A DNA stretch of 64,000 nucleotides from an uncultured Gemmatimonadales bacterium. Its GTDB lineage: Bacteria; Gemmatimonadota; Gemmatimonadetes; Longimicrobiales; RSA9. This document shows positions 55,199 through 63,859 of this stretch, piece by piece (the first letter of the stretch is position 1; the number at the start of each line of letters is the position of its first letter). The notes beneath the pieces were generated by a model. The model worked only from the letters and a program-made list of their open reading frames with translations, ran no database searches and was not told the origin of the DNA. Where the stretch lies: assembly GCA_963783305.1 (NCBI GenBank), contig CAWAMW010000016.1, positions 448,001 to 512,000 of the forward strand, written 5' to 3'. The position numbers and the translations under genes are program-made.

Positions 55199-56245
55199 GT
55201 GGACGCCAGTACGGACGCCATCGCGGCGGCCGCCCGAGAGGTTCGATCCGAGTTCGCGCCCGACGCACGCGTCGAGATCTTCACCAGCCACACCAGCAGC
55301 GACGCAGGCGCGCCGAGAGTGACCGTCGAGACCACACTCCCCAGCGCGGCGCTGGCCTTCGCTCGCCGCCTGAAGGATGTGGGGGTGGAGGCCGACCTCC
55401 ACGTCTCGATCCTGCCCGATCCCATGCTCCAGCCCCGCAGTGAGGCACTGGTGCGCTCGTCGGTGGCGCCGGTGTACCGCCGCGCCACCATGAACTCCAC
55501 CCTCCTTACCCAATACCCGCTGGGCGCGCGCGTCACGCTCCTCAACCGCCACCGCCAGTTCTGGCGGGTGCGCGGCGAGGACGGCCACCTGGGCTGGATT
55601 CACCGGGGATACCTGCAGAGAGGGGAGCCGGAGTGGGCGCTTGCGTGGGAGCGGTCGGAGGGGGGAGAGCCGGCCGTATCGCTGGGAGCGCACCTCGAGG
55701 ACGAGGCGGGCCCATTCGCCCGCCTCCCCTGGGGCGCCCGCGTGATCCAGCAGTCGGCGGGCAGGATCCTCCTGCCGGACGGACGGACCGGCAAGCTCGG
55801 GAGCGGCGAGCTGGTCCCCACGGATCGGCTCCGGGACCACTTTCCCCCGCGAGGCAGGAGCGTGACACGGTCGGCTCGCCGGTGGCTGGGCGTCCACTAC
55901 CTGTGGGGCGGCGTTACCCCGTGCGGCGTGGACTGCTCGGGCCTGGTGCAGTCGGTATACTGGATGCACGGGGTGGCGCTGCCGCGCGACTCCGACATGC
56001 AGCGGAAGATCGGCGAGGAGGTGGACGCGGGACCCGACTGGGACGGCCTCCGTGCGGGTGACCTGGTCTTCTTTGCCGAGCAGGGGCGGGTCAACCACGT
56101 GGCGCTGTCGCTCGGTGGAAGTCACATCATCCACGCGTCCGCCAGCAACGGAGGGGTCGAGGTCAACGACCTCGTGGGGGAGCGAGACCTCGAGCAACGA
56201 CTCCGCTCCGTCTACGTGGGCGCCCGCCGGCTCCTGCCCGACTGA
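55199..56245 (+). CDS. NlpC/P60 (C40) peptidase with SH3 domain
   Basis: YLWGG, DCSGLV, LPRDS, GDLVFF, HVAL, IIHAS; start uncertain (55187-55199). Confidence 0.88.
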   Translation: MDASTDAIAAAAREVRSEFAPDARVEIFTSHTSSDAGAPRVTVETTLPSAALAFARRLKDVGVEADLHVSILPDPMLQPRSEALVRSSVAPVYRRATMNSTLLTQYPLGARVTLLNRHRQFWRVRGEDGHLGWIHRGYLQRGEPEWALAWERSEGGEPAVSLGAHLEDEAGPFARLPWGARVIQQSAGRILLPDGRTGKLGSGELVPTDRLRDHFPPRGRSVTRSARRWLGVHYLWGGVTPCGVDCSGLVQSVYWMHGVALPRDSDMQRKIGEEVDAGPDWDGLRAGDLVFFAEQGRVNHVALSLGGSHIIHASASNGGVEVNDLVGERDLEQRLRSVYVGARRLLPD

Positions 56246-56284
56246 AGACCTCCGAGACCGAGCCGGGAGTCTTTCGGTCGCCCT

Positions 56285-58102
56285 TCAGCCGGACCCGGGA
56301 ATCGTCAGCGACTGGCCGGGCATGAGCCTGCGGTCGTTCACCCCGGGGTTCGCCTCCCGGATCGCTCCCACCGTCGTGTCCTTGCGTCTGGCGATCCCTT
56401 CCAGCGTGTCGCCCCGCTTGATCACGTACTTCGTGGTGGCGGACGGCGAGGTCTCCTCTGCCGCGTCCGCGGCATCGGATTGCGCTGTGCCTCCCGCAGA
56501 GGCCACAGGCCTCTCTGCCGGCGCCGAGGCCCCAACGGTGTCCGTCCGCAGGTTCCGGCCGCCCCTCGCGAGGCGTGCGGACGCCGGGCGATCGAAAGAC
56601 GCGAGGCGGGCACCGATACGGTCTTCGACGCGTTTGGCCGTCCACGTGGACGGGATGTCGTTCGACACGATCGAGAAGGCCAGCCGTTCACCGTTGCTCG
56701 CGTCTACGTATCCCGACAGCGCCGAAACGCGATCGATGGTCCCGGTCTTCGCGCGCAGGTTCCCCGCGGCGGGAGTGCTCTGCATGCGGCGGAGCCCCCG
56801 GGACGTGGCCGCTTCCGGTAGAGAGGCCATGTACGCTTCGCTGTACGGTGAATCCGCCATGAACGCGAGCAGCTCCACGATCGCGCGGGCGCTCGTACGA
56901 TCCAGCAGCGAGAGGCCGGAGCCGTCATCCATGGCCAATACCGCCCCCGTCGCCGGTCCCGCCTTCTCCAGGAACGCCAGCACCGCGGCTTCACCGCCCT
57001 TCACCGAGCCATGGCCGGTCGCGACCCGGCCCACGGTCCGAAGGACCGCGTCGGCATACTGGTTGTGGCTCCGCTGGTTGATGACGTTCAGGATCTCCTG
57101 GAGCGGGGGCGACCGGTGGACCGCCAGCACCTGGATAACCCCGTCCTCGTCCGTCGCCGGGGCGAAGACCTGCTGGTCGGTGATGGGCGACGATTCGGCA
57201 GGGTCGAGTGCCCGGAACTCGCCCCCCAGGGTGATCCCACGCTCCCGCAGGATCTCCGCCAGCACCGACACGGCGAAGCGCGCCGGATCCACCACGGGGA
57301 CCGCTCGCCACTCCGCGGCCGCACCCTGCCTCACGTTGCCCGTCAGTACCGTGGGAGCCCCGTAGTCCTCCCGTTCGACCCGCACGTGCGAGCGCCCAGA
57401 CGTGGTCGTGGACGCCTCATTCACGATAGGGATCTCGCCCCCCGGTATGAACTGCACGTTCGGCGCGGTGCCCGCCTCATCGGCGGCCGTCACACGCATG
57501 GTCACCACGTTCTCGTTGTACGAGAGGGCGCTCGCCGGCGCGGCGTAGGTATGCGTCACGTACGTCTGCTCCCACCCCTCGCCCACACCGGAACCCTCGA
57601 AGTACGACGCGTCCCCCACGAGGTCCCCGGTGATCTCCCGGACGCCCACGGCGGCAAGCGAGTCCGCCAACGCCTCCCATACCGCCGTCTTGCTCTCGAA
57701 GAAGCGGTCCGACAGCGTTGGATCGCCCGTGCCGTACACGTAGAGGTCGCCCTCGACAACGCCGTTGCGGACGGGCCCCGTGGCCGTCAGGAACGTGGAG
57801 TACCGGTAGTCCGCCCCGAGGTAATGCAGCGCGGCGGCCGTGGTGAACAGCTTCAGGTTGGAAGCGGGGAGTACCGGCGCTTCTGGCCGGTGTGAGAACA
57901 GCGTGTCACCGGCATCGAGCGAAACCACGAGGACGCTCCAGCGGTCCGGGTCCCAGCCCGGGGCTGCGATGGCCTTGTTCAGTTCGGAGACGAGGTCCTG
58001 ATTGGGCGGCGCGGCCGCATCCGAGTATCCCGGGCGCGGGTTGGCCACGCCCAGGGCGTGGACCAGGAGGACCGCGGCGGCGGCGGGTACAATCGCTTTC
58101 AT
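56285..58102 (-). CDS. dacB: D-Ala-D-Ala carboxypeptidase/endopeptidase (PBP4, S13) with C-terminal LysM
   Basis: PASNLK (SxxK), GDPTL, SHN, DGSGLS, AKTGT; YVIKRGDTL..IA...N LysM. Confidence 0.92.
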   Translation of the reverse strand: MKAIVPAAAAVLLVHALGVANPRPGYSDAAAPPNQDLVSELNKAIAAPGWDPDRWSVLVVSLDAGDTLFSHRPEAPVLPASNLKLFTTAAALHYLGADYRYSTFLTATGPVRNGVVEGDLYVYGTGDPTLSDRFFESKTAVWEALADSLAAVGVREITGDLVGDASYFEGSGVGEGWEQTYVTHTYAAPASALSYNENVVTMRVTAADEAGTAPNVQFIPGGEIPIVNEASTTTSGRSHVRVEREDYGAPTVLTGNVRQGAAAEWRAVPVVDPARFAVSVLAEILRERGITLGGEFRALDPAESSPITDQQVFAPATDEDGVIQVLAVHRSPPLQEILNVINQRSHNQYADAVLRTVGRVATGHGSVKGGEAAVLAFLEKAGPATGAVLAMDDGSGLSLLDRTSARAIVELLAFMADSPYSEAYMASLPEAATSRGLRRMQSTPAAGNLRAKTGTIDRVSALSGYVDASNGERLAFSIVSNDIPSTWTAKRVEDRIGARLASFDRPASARLARGGRNLRTDTVGASAPAERPVASAGGTAQSDAADAAEETSPSATTKYVIKRGDTLEGIARRKDTTVGAIREANPGVNDRRLMPGQSLTIPGSG

Positions 58103-58272
58103 GCAGCTCCGAAGTGAGCGATTCGCGGGTGTTTTCCTGTCCGATGGATTTGCAAGGTTGAGACCACGCCGGATAATGGCGGGACGAGCGCGGCCGCCGG
58201 GCCTCCCCCGGCGGCGGGGCTGCCGTTCCCCATTGCATCGCGGCGCTGGAGGACGTGGAATATATTGCCGTG

Positions 58273-58650
58273 ATGATCGTCGGACTCGGAATGGATCTGG
58301 TGGAGATCGCGCGACTGCGATCGTTTTACGACCGGTGGGGGGACGCCGGCCTGCGGCGGCTCTTCACCCCGGACGAGATCGGATACTGTCTCGCACAGGC
58401 CGACCCGGCTCCGTCGCTGTCCGCTCGGTTCGCCGCCAAGGAGGCGTTCTTCAAGGCGGTGGGGCAGGGGTGGGGGCGGGGCGGCGACTGGGGCGATGTG
58501 GAGGTGCACCGGGGTCCCCTCGGCGCACCCGAGCTGCGCTTGCGCGGTCGGGCGGCACGCGCCATGGATGCCCTTGGCGGCCGCCGGAGCCACCTCACGC
58601 TCAGCCACTCCCGCTCGACGGCGGGCGCAGTGCTGATCCTGGAGGCCTGA
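58273..58650 (+). CDS. acpS: Holo-ACP synthase
   Basis: GLGMDLVEI, FTPDEI, ARFAAKEAFFKA, LTLSH. Confidence 0.93.
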   Translation: MIVGLGMDLVEIARLRSFYDRWGDAGLRRLFTPDEIGYCLAQADPAPSLSARFAAKEAFFKAVGQGWGRGGDWGDVEVHRGPLGAPELRLRGRAARAMDALGGRRSHLTLSHSRSTAGAVLILEA

Positions 58651-58735
58651 TCGAGTTCCGGGGGGTTGCGCGGAGCCCCGTACCTGTGACAGGTTCGTGG
58701 TCGAAGGAAAGGAAGTCGCTCGAATCGGGTCACGC

Positions 58736-58771
58736 GCGCCCCTCGGAACCAACCGGGGTGGCGCTTTTTTT
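58736..58771 (+). terminator. Intrinsic terminator between acpS and the ANTAR regulator
   Basis: GCGCCCCTCGG-AACCAA-CCGGGGTGGCGC-TTTTTTT. Confidence 0.8.
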
Positions 58772-58822
58772 GTCGGAGCCACCTTCCTCCTGACCTGGTC
58801 CACTTTCACGGAGCAACAGCGG

Positions 58823-59413
58823 ATGGCCGACTCACTACGTTTCCTGATCGCCGATGACGAGGCGCTGCACAACCTGGCGTTGACGAGTCAGCTCGAAGCG
58901 CTGGGGCACGAGGTCGTCGCCACGGCGTCCAATGGACGGGAGGCGGTGGAGCTGGCGCGGGAGAAGAAGCCCGATATCGCGATCCTGGACATCCGGATGC
59001 CCGTCATGACCGGCCCTGAGGCGGCGCACGAGATCCATCGCAATCGGCCGATCCCGATCCTGATCCTGTCGGCCTACAGCGACCGCCGGACCGTAGATGA
59101 GGCCACGCGATCCCCGGTCTTCCACTACCTGGTCAAGCCCGTCGACCCCGACGATCTCGCCCCCGCCATCGCCGTGGCCCGCGCCCGCTTCGGCGAGTGG
59201 ACCGACGCCCGCCACGAGCGCGATGTCCTCGAGAACAAGCTCGAGGAGCGAAAGATCCTCGATCGGGCCAAGGGCATCCTCATGGAGAGTCGGAACCTCT
59301 CGGAGCGCGAGGCCTATCGGTTCCTGCAGAAATCGAGTCAGGACCGCAATACGCCGATGATCGATCTCGCTCGCAAGATCCTCCTCGCCGCGCCATTGCT
59401 CCAGAAGGATTGA
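58823..59413 (+). CDS. REC-ANTAR response regulator (PdtaR/EutV/NasT-like)
   Basis: IADDE, ILDIRMP, LSAY, YLVKP; ERKILDRAKGILM...EAYRFLQKSS. Confidence 0.93.
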   Translation: MADSLRFLIADDEALHNLALTSQLEALGHEVVATASNGREAVELAREKKPDIAILDIRMPVMTGPEAAHEIHRNRPIPILILSAYSDRRTVDEATRSPVFHYLVKPVDPDDLAPAIAVARARFGEWTDARHERDVLENKLEERKILDRAKGILMESRNLSEREAYRFLQKSSQDRNTPMIDLARKILLAAPLLQKD

Positions 59414-59453
59414 CCCACTCGAGGTGCATGTGCCGGCTACGCGCGCACGGAAA

Positions 59454-60563
59454 ATGAACGATCCCGAAGGGCAGGTGGCGGGTCAGCCCGCTGTACGCCC
59501 CGCCACCATCCTCGTCGTGGACGATGAGCCCATGGCTCGGGAGACTCTGACGGACCTGTTGGAGGCCCACGGCTACAATGTTCTCAGCGCGGGCGATGCC
59601 GAGGAGGCGTTCGATCGTCTCCACCAGGCCGACCTCATCCTCCTCGATGCCATGCTCCCGGGGACGGATGGCTGGACCATCTGCCGCGAGATCAAGGAGA
59701 GGATCGATCCCCTCCTTCCCATCATCATGGTCACCGCTCGTACCGCTCCCGAAGACGTCGTCCGAACCTTCGATGCGGGCGCGGACGACTACATCCCGAA
59801 GCCGTTCCAGGTCGCCGAGCTCCGCGCGCGCATCGACTCGCGGCTACGGGCCCACCGGGCGGAACTGGCGCTCCAGGAGGCCAACGAGCAGGCGTCCCGG
59901 CTGGCGGAGCAGAACTACCGTCTGTACGAGCAGGCCCGCAGCGACGCCGAGGATCGCGCCAACCTGCTCCGGGAGCTCGATCACCGGGTCCGGAACAACC
60001 TCTCCGTCATCATGGGGCTCGTCACCCTCGAGCGGACGCGGACCAGCACCCGTCCCGCAGACGAGGCCCTCCTCAGTCTGGAAAACCGCCTCCGGGCCTT
60101 CCTCATGGCGTACGAGGCGTTCCGCCGCTCGAGCTATCGCGGCGTACCCATGAAGGAGATCGCCGACCGGGTGGTGCAGCGGCTCAAGAACACGCTCTGC
60201 CCCGAATCGCCCATCACCCTCTCCACCTCGGGAGATGACGACCTCGTCCCGGAGCGCTACGGCTTCGCCCTCGCCCTCGCCGTCAACGAGATCGCGTCCA
60301 GCGCCCTCCGAAACGGATTCCCGGACGGCCGCGGCGGCCAGCTGGCCCTGAGCGTGGTCGTGGAGTCCGACCGAATCGAGCTGGTCATGGCCGATGACGG
60401 GCTCGCGGGCGAGGAGCGCGGGGAGAACGGAGCCGAGGAGACAACGGGCGAGCGGTCGGTGTTGCGAGCGTTGGTGGAGACAGAACTGGGTGGCCGGATC
60501 AGCTTCGATCCGACCACCCAGGGTACCCGCGTCCGCATCAGCTGTCCTACCGTCAGCGTCTAA
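59454..60563 (+). CDS. Hybrid REC plus HisKA_2-type histidine kinase with degenerate ATPase boxes
   Basis: VVDDE, LLDAMLP, YIPKPF; ELDHRVRNNL H-box; NEIASSALR and DDGLAG. Confidence 0.82.
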   Translation: MNDPEGQVAGQPAVRPATILVVDDEPMARETLTDLLEAHGYNVLSAGDAEEAFDRLHQADLILLDAMLPGTDGWTICREIKERIDPLLPIIMVTARTAPEDVVRTFDAGADDYIPKPFQVAELRARIDSRLRAHRAELALQEANEQASRLAEQNYRLYEQARSDAEDRANLLRELDHRVRNNLSVIMGLVTLERTRTSTRPADEALLSLENRLRAFLMAYEAFRRSSYRGVPMKEIADRVVQRLKNTLCPESPITLSTSGDDDLVPERYGFALALAVNEIASSALRNGFPDGRGGQLALSVVVESDRIELVMADDGLAGEERGENGAEETTGERSVLRALVETELGGRISFDPTTQGTRVRISCPTVSV

Positions 60564-60574
60564 CCCGCCGCAGG

Positions 60575-60612
60575 TGGGTGGGGGCGCCCCGGATTCCTCC
60601 GGGCGACCACCG
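60575..60612. terminator. Hairpin between the convergent kinase gene and glnA
   Basis: GGTGG..CGCCCCGGA-TTCC-TCCGGGCG.CCACC; no U tract. Confidence 0.45.
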
Positions 60613-60614
60613 GC

Positions 60615-62018
60615 CTAGTAGGTAGCCAGGTAGCGATCGATCTCCCACTCGTGGACCTGGGCGATGTAGTCCGCCCACTCCTGCTCCTTCGCGGCCACGA
60701 AGTGCTCGAACACGTGCTTGCCGAGCGTGTTCTTCATCAGCTCGCTCTTCTGAAAGACCTGAATCGCCTCCCCGAGGTCCTTCGGCAGCTCCTGGATCTT
60801 GTAGCGCCGCCGCTCCCGGACCGTCAGCTCGAAAATGTTCTTGTCCACCGGGTCCGGCGGATCGATCTCGTTCCGGATCCCGTCGAGGCCGGCCGCGAGC
60901 TGCACCGCCAGCGCCAGGTACGGGTTGGCGGCAGGGTCCGGGATCCGGAGCTCGATCCGTGTGCCGTTTCCACGACGCGCGGGGATCCGGACCATCGGGG
61001 ACCGGTTGTGATGCGACCACGCCACGTTCGTCGGCGCCTCGTACCCCGGCACCAGCCGCTTGAAGCTGTTGACCAGCGGGTTCGTCACCACGCAGAACGA
61101 CCGAGCGTGCTTCAGCAGCCCGCCCACGTAGTGCCGCATCACCTGCGACAGCCCATCCGCGTCGCTCTCGTCGTAAAACGCGGCTTTCCCGTCCTTGAAC
61201 AGCGACTGGTGCGTGTGCATCCCGGACCCGTTCTGGCCGAAAATGGGCTTCGGCATGAACGTGGCATGCAGGCCGTGCCGGACCGCCATGTTCTTGACCA
61301 CGAACTTGAACGTCGACAGATGGTCCGCCGTGGTCAGCGCGTCCTCGTACTTGAAGTCGATCTCGTGCTGACCCTGCGCCACCTCGTGGTGCGCCGCCTC
61401 CACCTCGAAGCCCATGGCGCTCAGCATGTTCACGATATCACGCCGCGCCACCTCCCCGAGGTCCACCGGGCCCAGGTCGAAGTAACCGCCCGCGTCATGT
61501 GTGAGGCGCGTCGGCGCCCCCTCCTCCGTCCGATGGAAGAGGAAGAACTCGGCCTCCACTCCCGCCATCATCTCGTACCCCATCTCCGCGGCGTCCGCGA
61601 TCACTCGCTTCAGCACGTTCCGCGGATCGCCGAGAAACGGCTTCTCGTCGGCCGTGAACACATCGCAGATCAGACGGCCCACGCGGTTGTCCTCGTCCCC
61701 CCACGGGTACACCGCGAACGTGTCGAAGTCCGGCCTCAGGATCATGTCCGATTCTTCGATCCGCACGAACCCCTCGATCGACGATCCATCGAACATGATG
61801 TCCCCGTCCAGCGCCTTCACGAACTGGCTCTCCGGCAGCTCCACATTCTTGATCTGCCCCGTGATGTCCGTAAACTGAAGACGCAGGAACCGCACGTTCG
61901 ACCGCTCCAGCATTCCCAGCACGTCCTTCTTCGACGCTCCCCGCGTACGGCGCGTCTCCGCGTCCGGCATGGGACGCACCTTGTGATCGGGGACCAGGTC
62001 CTTCTTGACTCGGTTCAT
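60615..62018 (-). CDS. glnA: Type I glutamine synthetase
   Basis: FDGSSIEGF, EAEFF, HHEVA.GQHEI, ATFMPKP, NGSGMH, RLVPGYEAP, RIELR; GGAG RBS before ATG 62018. Confidence 0.97.
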   Translation of the reverse strand: MNRVKKDLVPDHKVRPMPDAETRRTRGASKKDVLGMLERSNVRFLRLQFTDITGQIKNVELPESQFVKALDGDIMFDGSSIEGFVRIEESDMILRPDFDTFAVYPWGDEDNRVGRLICDVFTADEKPFLGDPRNVLKRVIADAAEMGYEMMAGVEAEFFLFHRTEEGAPTRLTHDAGGYFDLGPVDLGEVARRDIVNMLSAMGFEVEAAHHEVAQGQHEIDFKYEDALTTADHLSTFKFVVKNMAVRHGLHATFMPKPIFGQNGSGMHTHQSLFKDGKAAFYDESDADGLSQVMRHYVGGLLKHARSFCVVTNPLVNSFKRLVPGYEAPTNVAWSHHNRSPMVRIPARRGNGTRIELRIPDPAANPYLALAVQLAAGLDGIRNEIDPPDPVDKNIFELTVRERRRYKIQELPKDLGEAIQVFQKSELMKNTLGKHVFEHFVAAKEQEWADYIAQVHEWEIDRYLATY

Positions 62019-62102
62019 CGGCTCCATTGTTGGCTAAGGTGTGGCCTGCGTTCCCCACTCCAGGAGTGCGTCGGCGTTCGACCGGGTGCGCGCGGACGAA
62101 CC

Positions 62103-62145
62103 TAGATACCACGCCACCCGCACCCTGTCAATGCCAACGTGCATT
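62103..62145 (-). promoter_or_regulatory. sigma70 promoter of glnA with an adjacent palindrome
   Basis: TTGACA (62131-62126), 17 bp, TATCTA (62108-62103) with extended TG; AATGC-N6-GCATT at 62130-62145. Confidence 0.7.
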
Positions 62146-62452
62146 CTGTACATAAAAACGGCGACACAGCGCAGGATGTTGGGTTGTTTGGCAATCGAAA
62201 ACATGAATAACCCGCGTCGTGTAAGACCTGACGCTCACACATCGTCCTCCTGACGACGGCAGGGCCACCTACTTCGAATGCACCCCGCCACCATTTCCGC
62301 CCTCGCCGTGTACGACGGAAAGAATCGAGCCATCCTGCCGCAGGGGTGCGCGGGTTCAGGGCCCGAACGCGAGCCGCATGTGGACGTCCGGCGGGGATTG
62401 CGGCTGGGAGAATCTGGCGGGAACGGCGGAAGGGGGTGTGGAAAGCGGGACG

Positions 62453-62896
62453 TCAGGTCTGGCAGCTTTCACACACGCCCACGAGCTCCACGCGCATTCC
62501 CTCCACGGTGAAGCCAGGGATCTGCCCGAGTTGGGCGAGGGAAACAGGATCGATCTCCCCCGGCGTGTCCCGCACCTCGCCGCAAGAGAGGCAGCGTGCG
62601 TGCGGGTGCGGGTCGGTCCGTCCGTCATAGCGTGCAGAACCGTCGCCATAGGTGAGCTTCGAGGCGAGGCCACAGCTGACCAGGGTCTCGAGCGACTTGT
62701 AGACGGTGGCGAGAGAGATGTCGGGGATCACGGCGCGCACCGACGTGAAGACGTCGTCAGCGGATGGGTGCTCCTCCGTCTGGCGCAGGAACCGATACAC
62801 CGCCGCTCGCTGGTCGGTGAACCGCTGCCCGCTGGCCTCGAGCGCCGAGCGGAGCAGGGCATCCGAATCGTGGGTGTGCTGTGGCATTGATTCCAT
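62453..62896 (-). CDS. Fur-family transcriptional regulator (PerR-like)
   Basis: TDQR, HPSAD, ISLATVYKSL, RYD, HPHARCLSCG, GVCESC. Confidence 0.92.
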   Translation of the reverse strand: MESMPQHTHDSDALLRSALEASGQRFTDQRAAVYRFLRQTEEHPSADDVFTSVRAVIPDISLATVYKSLETLVSCGLASKLTYGDGSARYDGRTDPHPHARCLSCGEVRDTPGEIDPVSLAQLGQIPGFTVEGMRVELVGVCESCQT

Positions 62897-62932
62897 GACT
62901 TCACCGGGTCGTGCGAAGGGCGGTCCAAGGCT

Positions 62933-62976
62933 AAGCTAATGGCGGTCGAGAAATATTGTCAATAGTGATTCTCACT
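62933..62976 (-). promoter_or_regulatory. Promoter and Fur/Per-box-like site of the fur-family gene
   Basis: TTGACA (62962-62957), 18 bp, TAGCTT; overlapping TGAGAAT-C-ACTATTG in an AT-rich patch. Confidence 0.55.
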
Positions 62977-62998
62977 ACGAGATAGGGGTAAAAGCTTG

Positions 62999-63352
62999 AT
63001 GGCCAACGAGATAGAAGGCGGCGCACACATCGCTGCACTGGTTCGGGATCTCATGTTCGCGGCGCGGGTGCGAGGAGTCGCCCCCGCGGCGGCAGTGACG
63101 CAGAGGGCGGAGGATCTGCCCGGACTGGTCGGGCCCGACACGCGGCTGGTCATCGTGGAGCTGGAGGCGGCGGGAGCGTTCGAGCAGCTTCCAGGGGTGA
63201 AGGAGCGGGCGCCCGGAGCCCGGCTCGTGGCGTTCGGGCCTCATGTGCAGGAAGAGAAGCTGGAGGCGGCCCGGGGTGCGGGGGCGGAGGTGATGCCGCG
63301 GGGCCAGTTCGTGAAGCGGCTGCCTGAGCTGGTGGCGATGGCCGGCGGCTGA
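62999..63352 (+). CDS. Small receiver-like (pseudo-receiver) protein
   Basis: DLMFAARV, LVIVEL (Glu at the phospho-Asp position), AFGPHV, AARGAGA. Confidence 0.6.
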   Translation: MANEIEGGAHIAALVRDLMFAARVRGVAPAAAVTQRAEDLPGLVGPDTRLVIVELEAAGAFEQLPGVKERAPGARLVAFGPHVQEEKLEAARGAGAEVMPRGQFVKRLPELVAMAGG

Positions 63353-63400
63353 GAGATCCCGGGACGGCCGGTCCGTGGGCGTCGCAGCCCGAACGGAAAC

Positions 63401-63440
63401 GAAACGGGGCGGCCCACGGGAAGTGGGGCCGCCCCTTTTC
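63401..63440. terminator. Bidirectional terminator
   Basis: GAAACGGGGCGGCCCAC-GGGAA-GTGGGGCCGCCCCTTTTC between convergent genes. Confidence 0.8.
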
Positions 63441-63463
63441 GAGCGCCAGCGGGGATCGGAGCG

Positions 63464-63859
63464 TCAGGCCGCGTCCGCCTCCTCTTCCTTCCGCTTGCAC
63501 TCGATGCAGTAGTGCGCGTGCGGGAGGGCATCGAGTCGCTCGAACTCGATGAGGTTGTCGCAGGTCTGGCAGAACCCGAAGGTCTCCGGCTCCCTGTAGA
63601 GACGGCGTAGCGCTTCCTCGATGCGATAGAGGTAGCGGCCCTCCTTGCTGGCGAACAGGAGCATCTTCTCCCGCTCCATGGCGTCCGTACCGAGATCCGC
63701 CATGTGATCCGAATACGAGTACAGGTCCGAATCGCCCTGTTCGGCGGAGAGCTTCGAGAGCTCGTCATAGCGGCCGAGGGAGCGAAGGGCCCTCTCGCGC
63801 TCTCGGAGGAGTCGCTTCTGTAGTTGCTCCAACTGCTTCTTCGTCAGCTTCTTGGCCAT
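63464..63859 (-). CDS. DksA/TraR C4 zinc-finger protein
   Basis: Coiled coil with HMADLGTD tip; ALRRL...FGFCQTC...IEFERLDALP...CIEC. Confidence 0.9.
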   Translation of the reverse strand: MAKKLTKKQLEQLQKRLLRERERALRSLGRYDELSKLSAEQGDSDLYSYSDHMADLGTDAMEREKMLLFASKEGRYLYRIEEALRRLYREPETFGFCQTCDNLIEFERLDALPHAHYCIECKRKEEEADAA

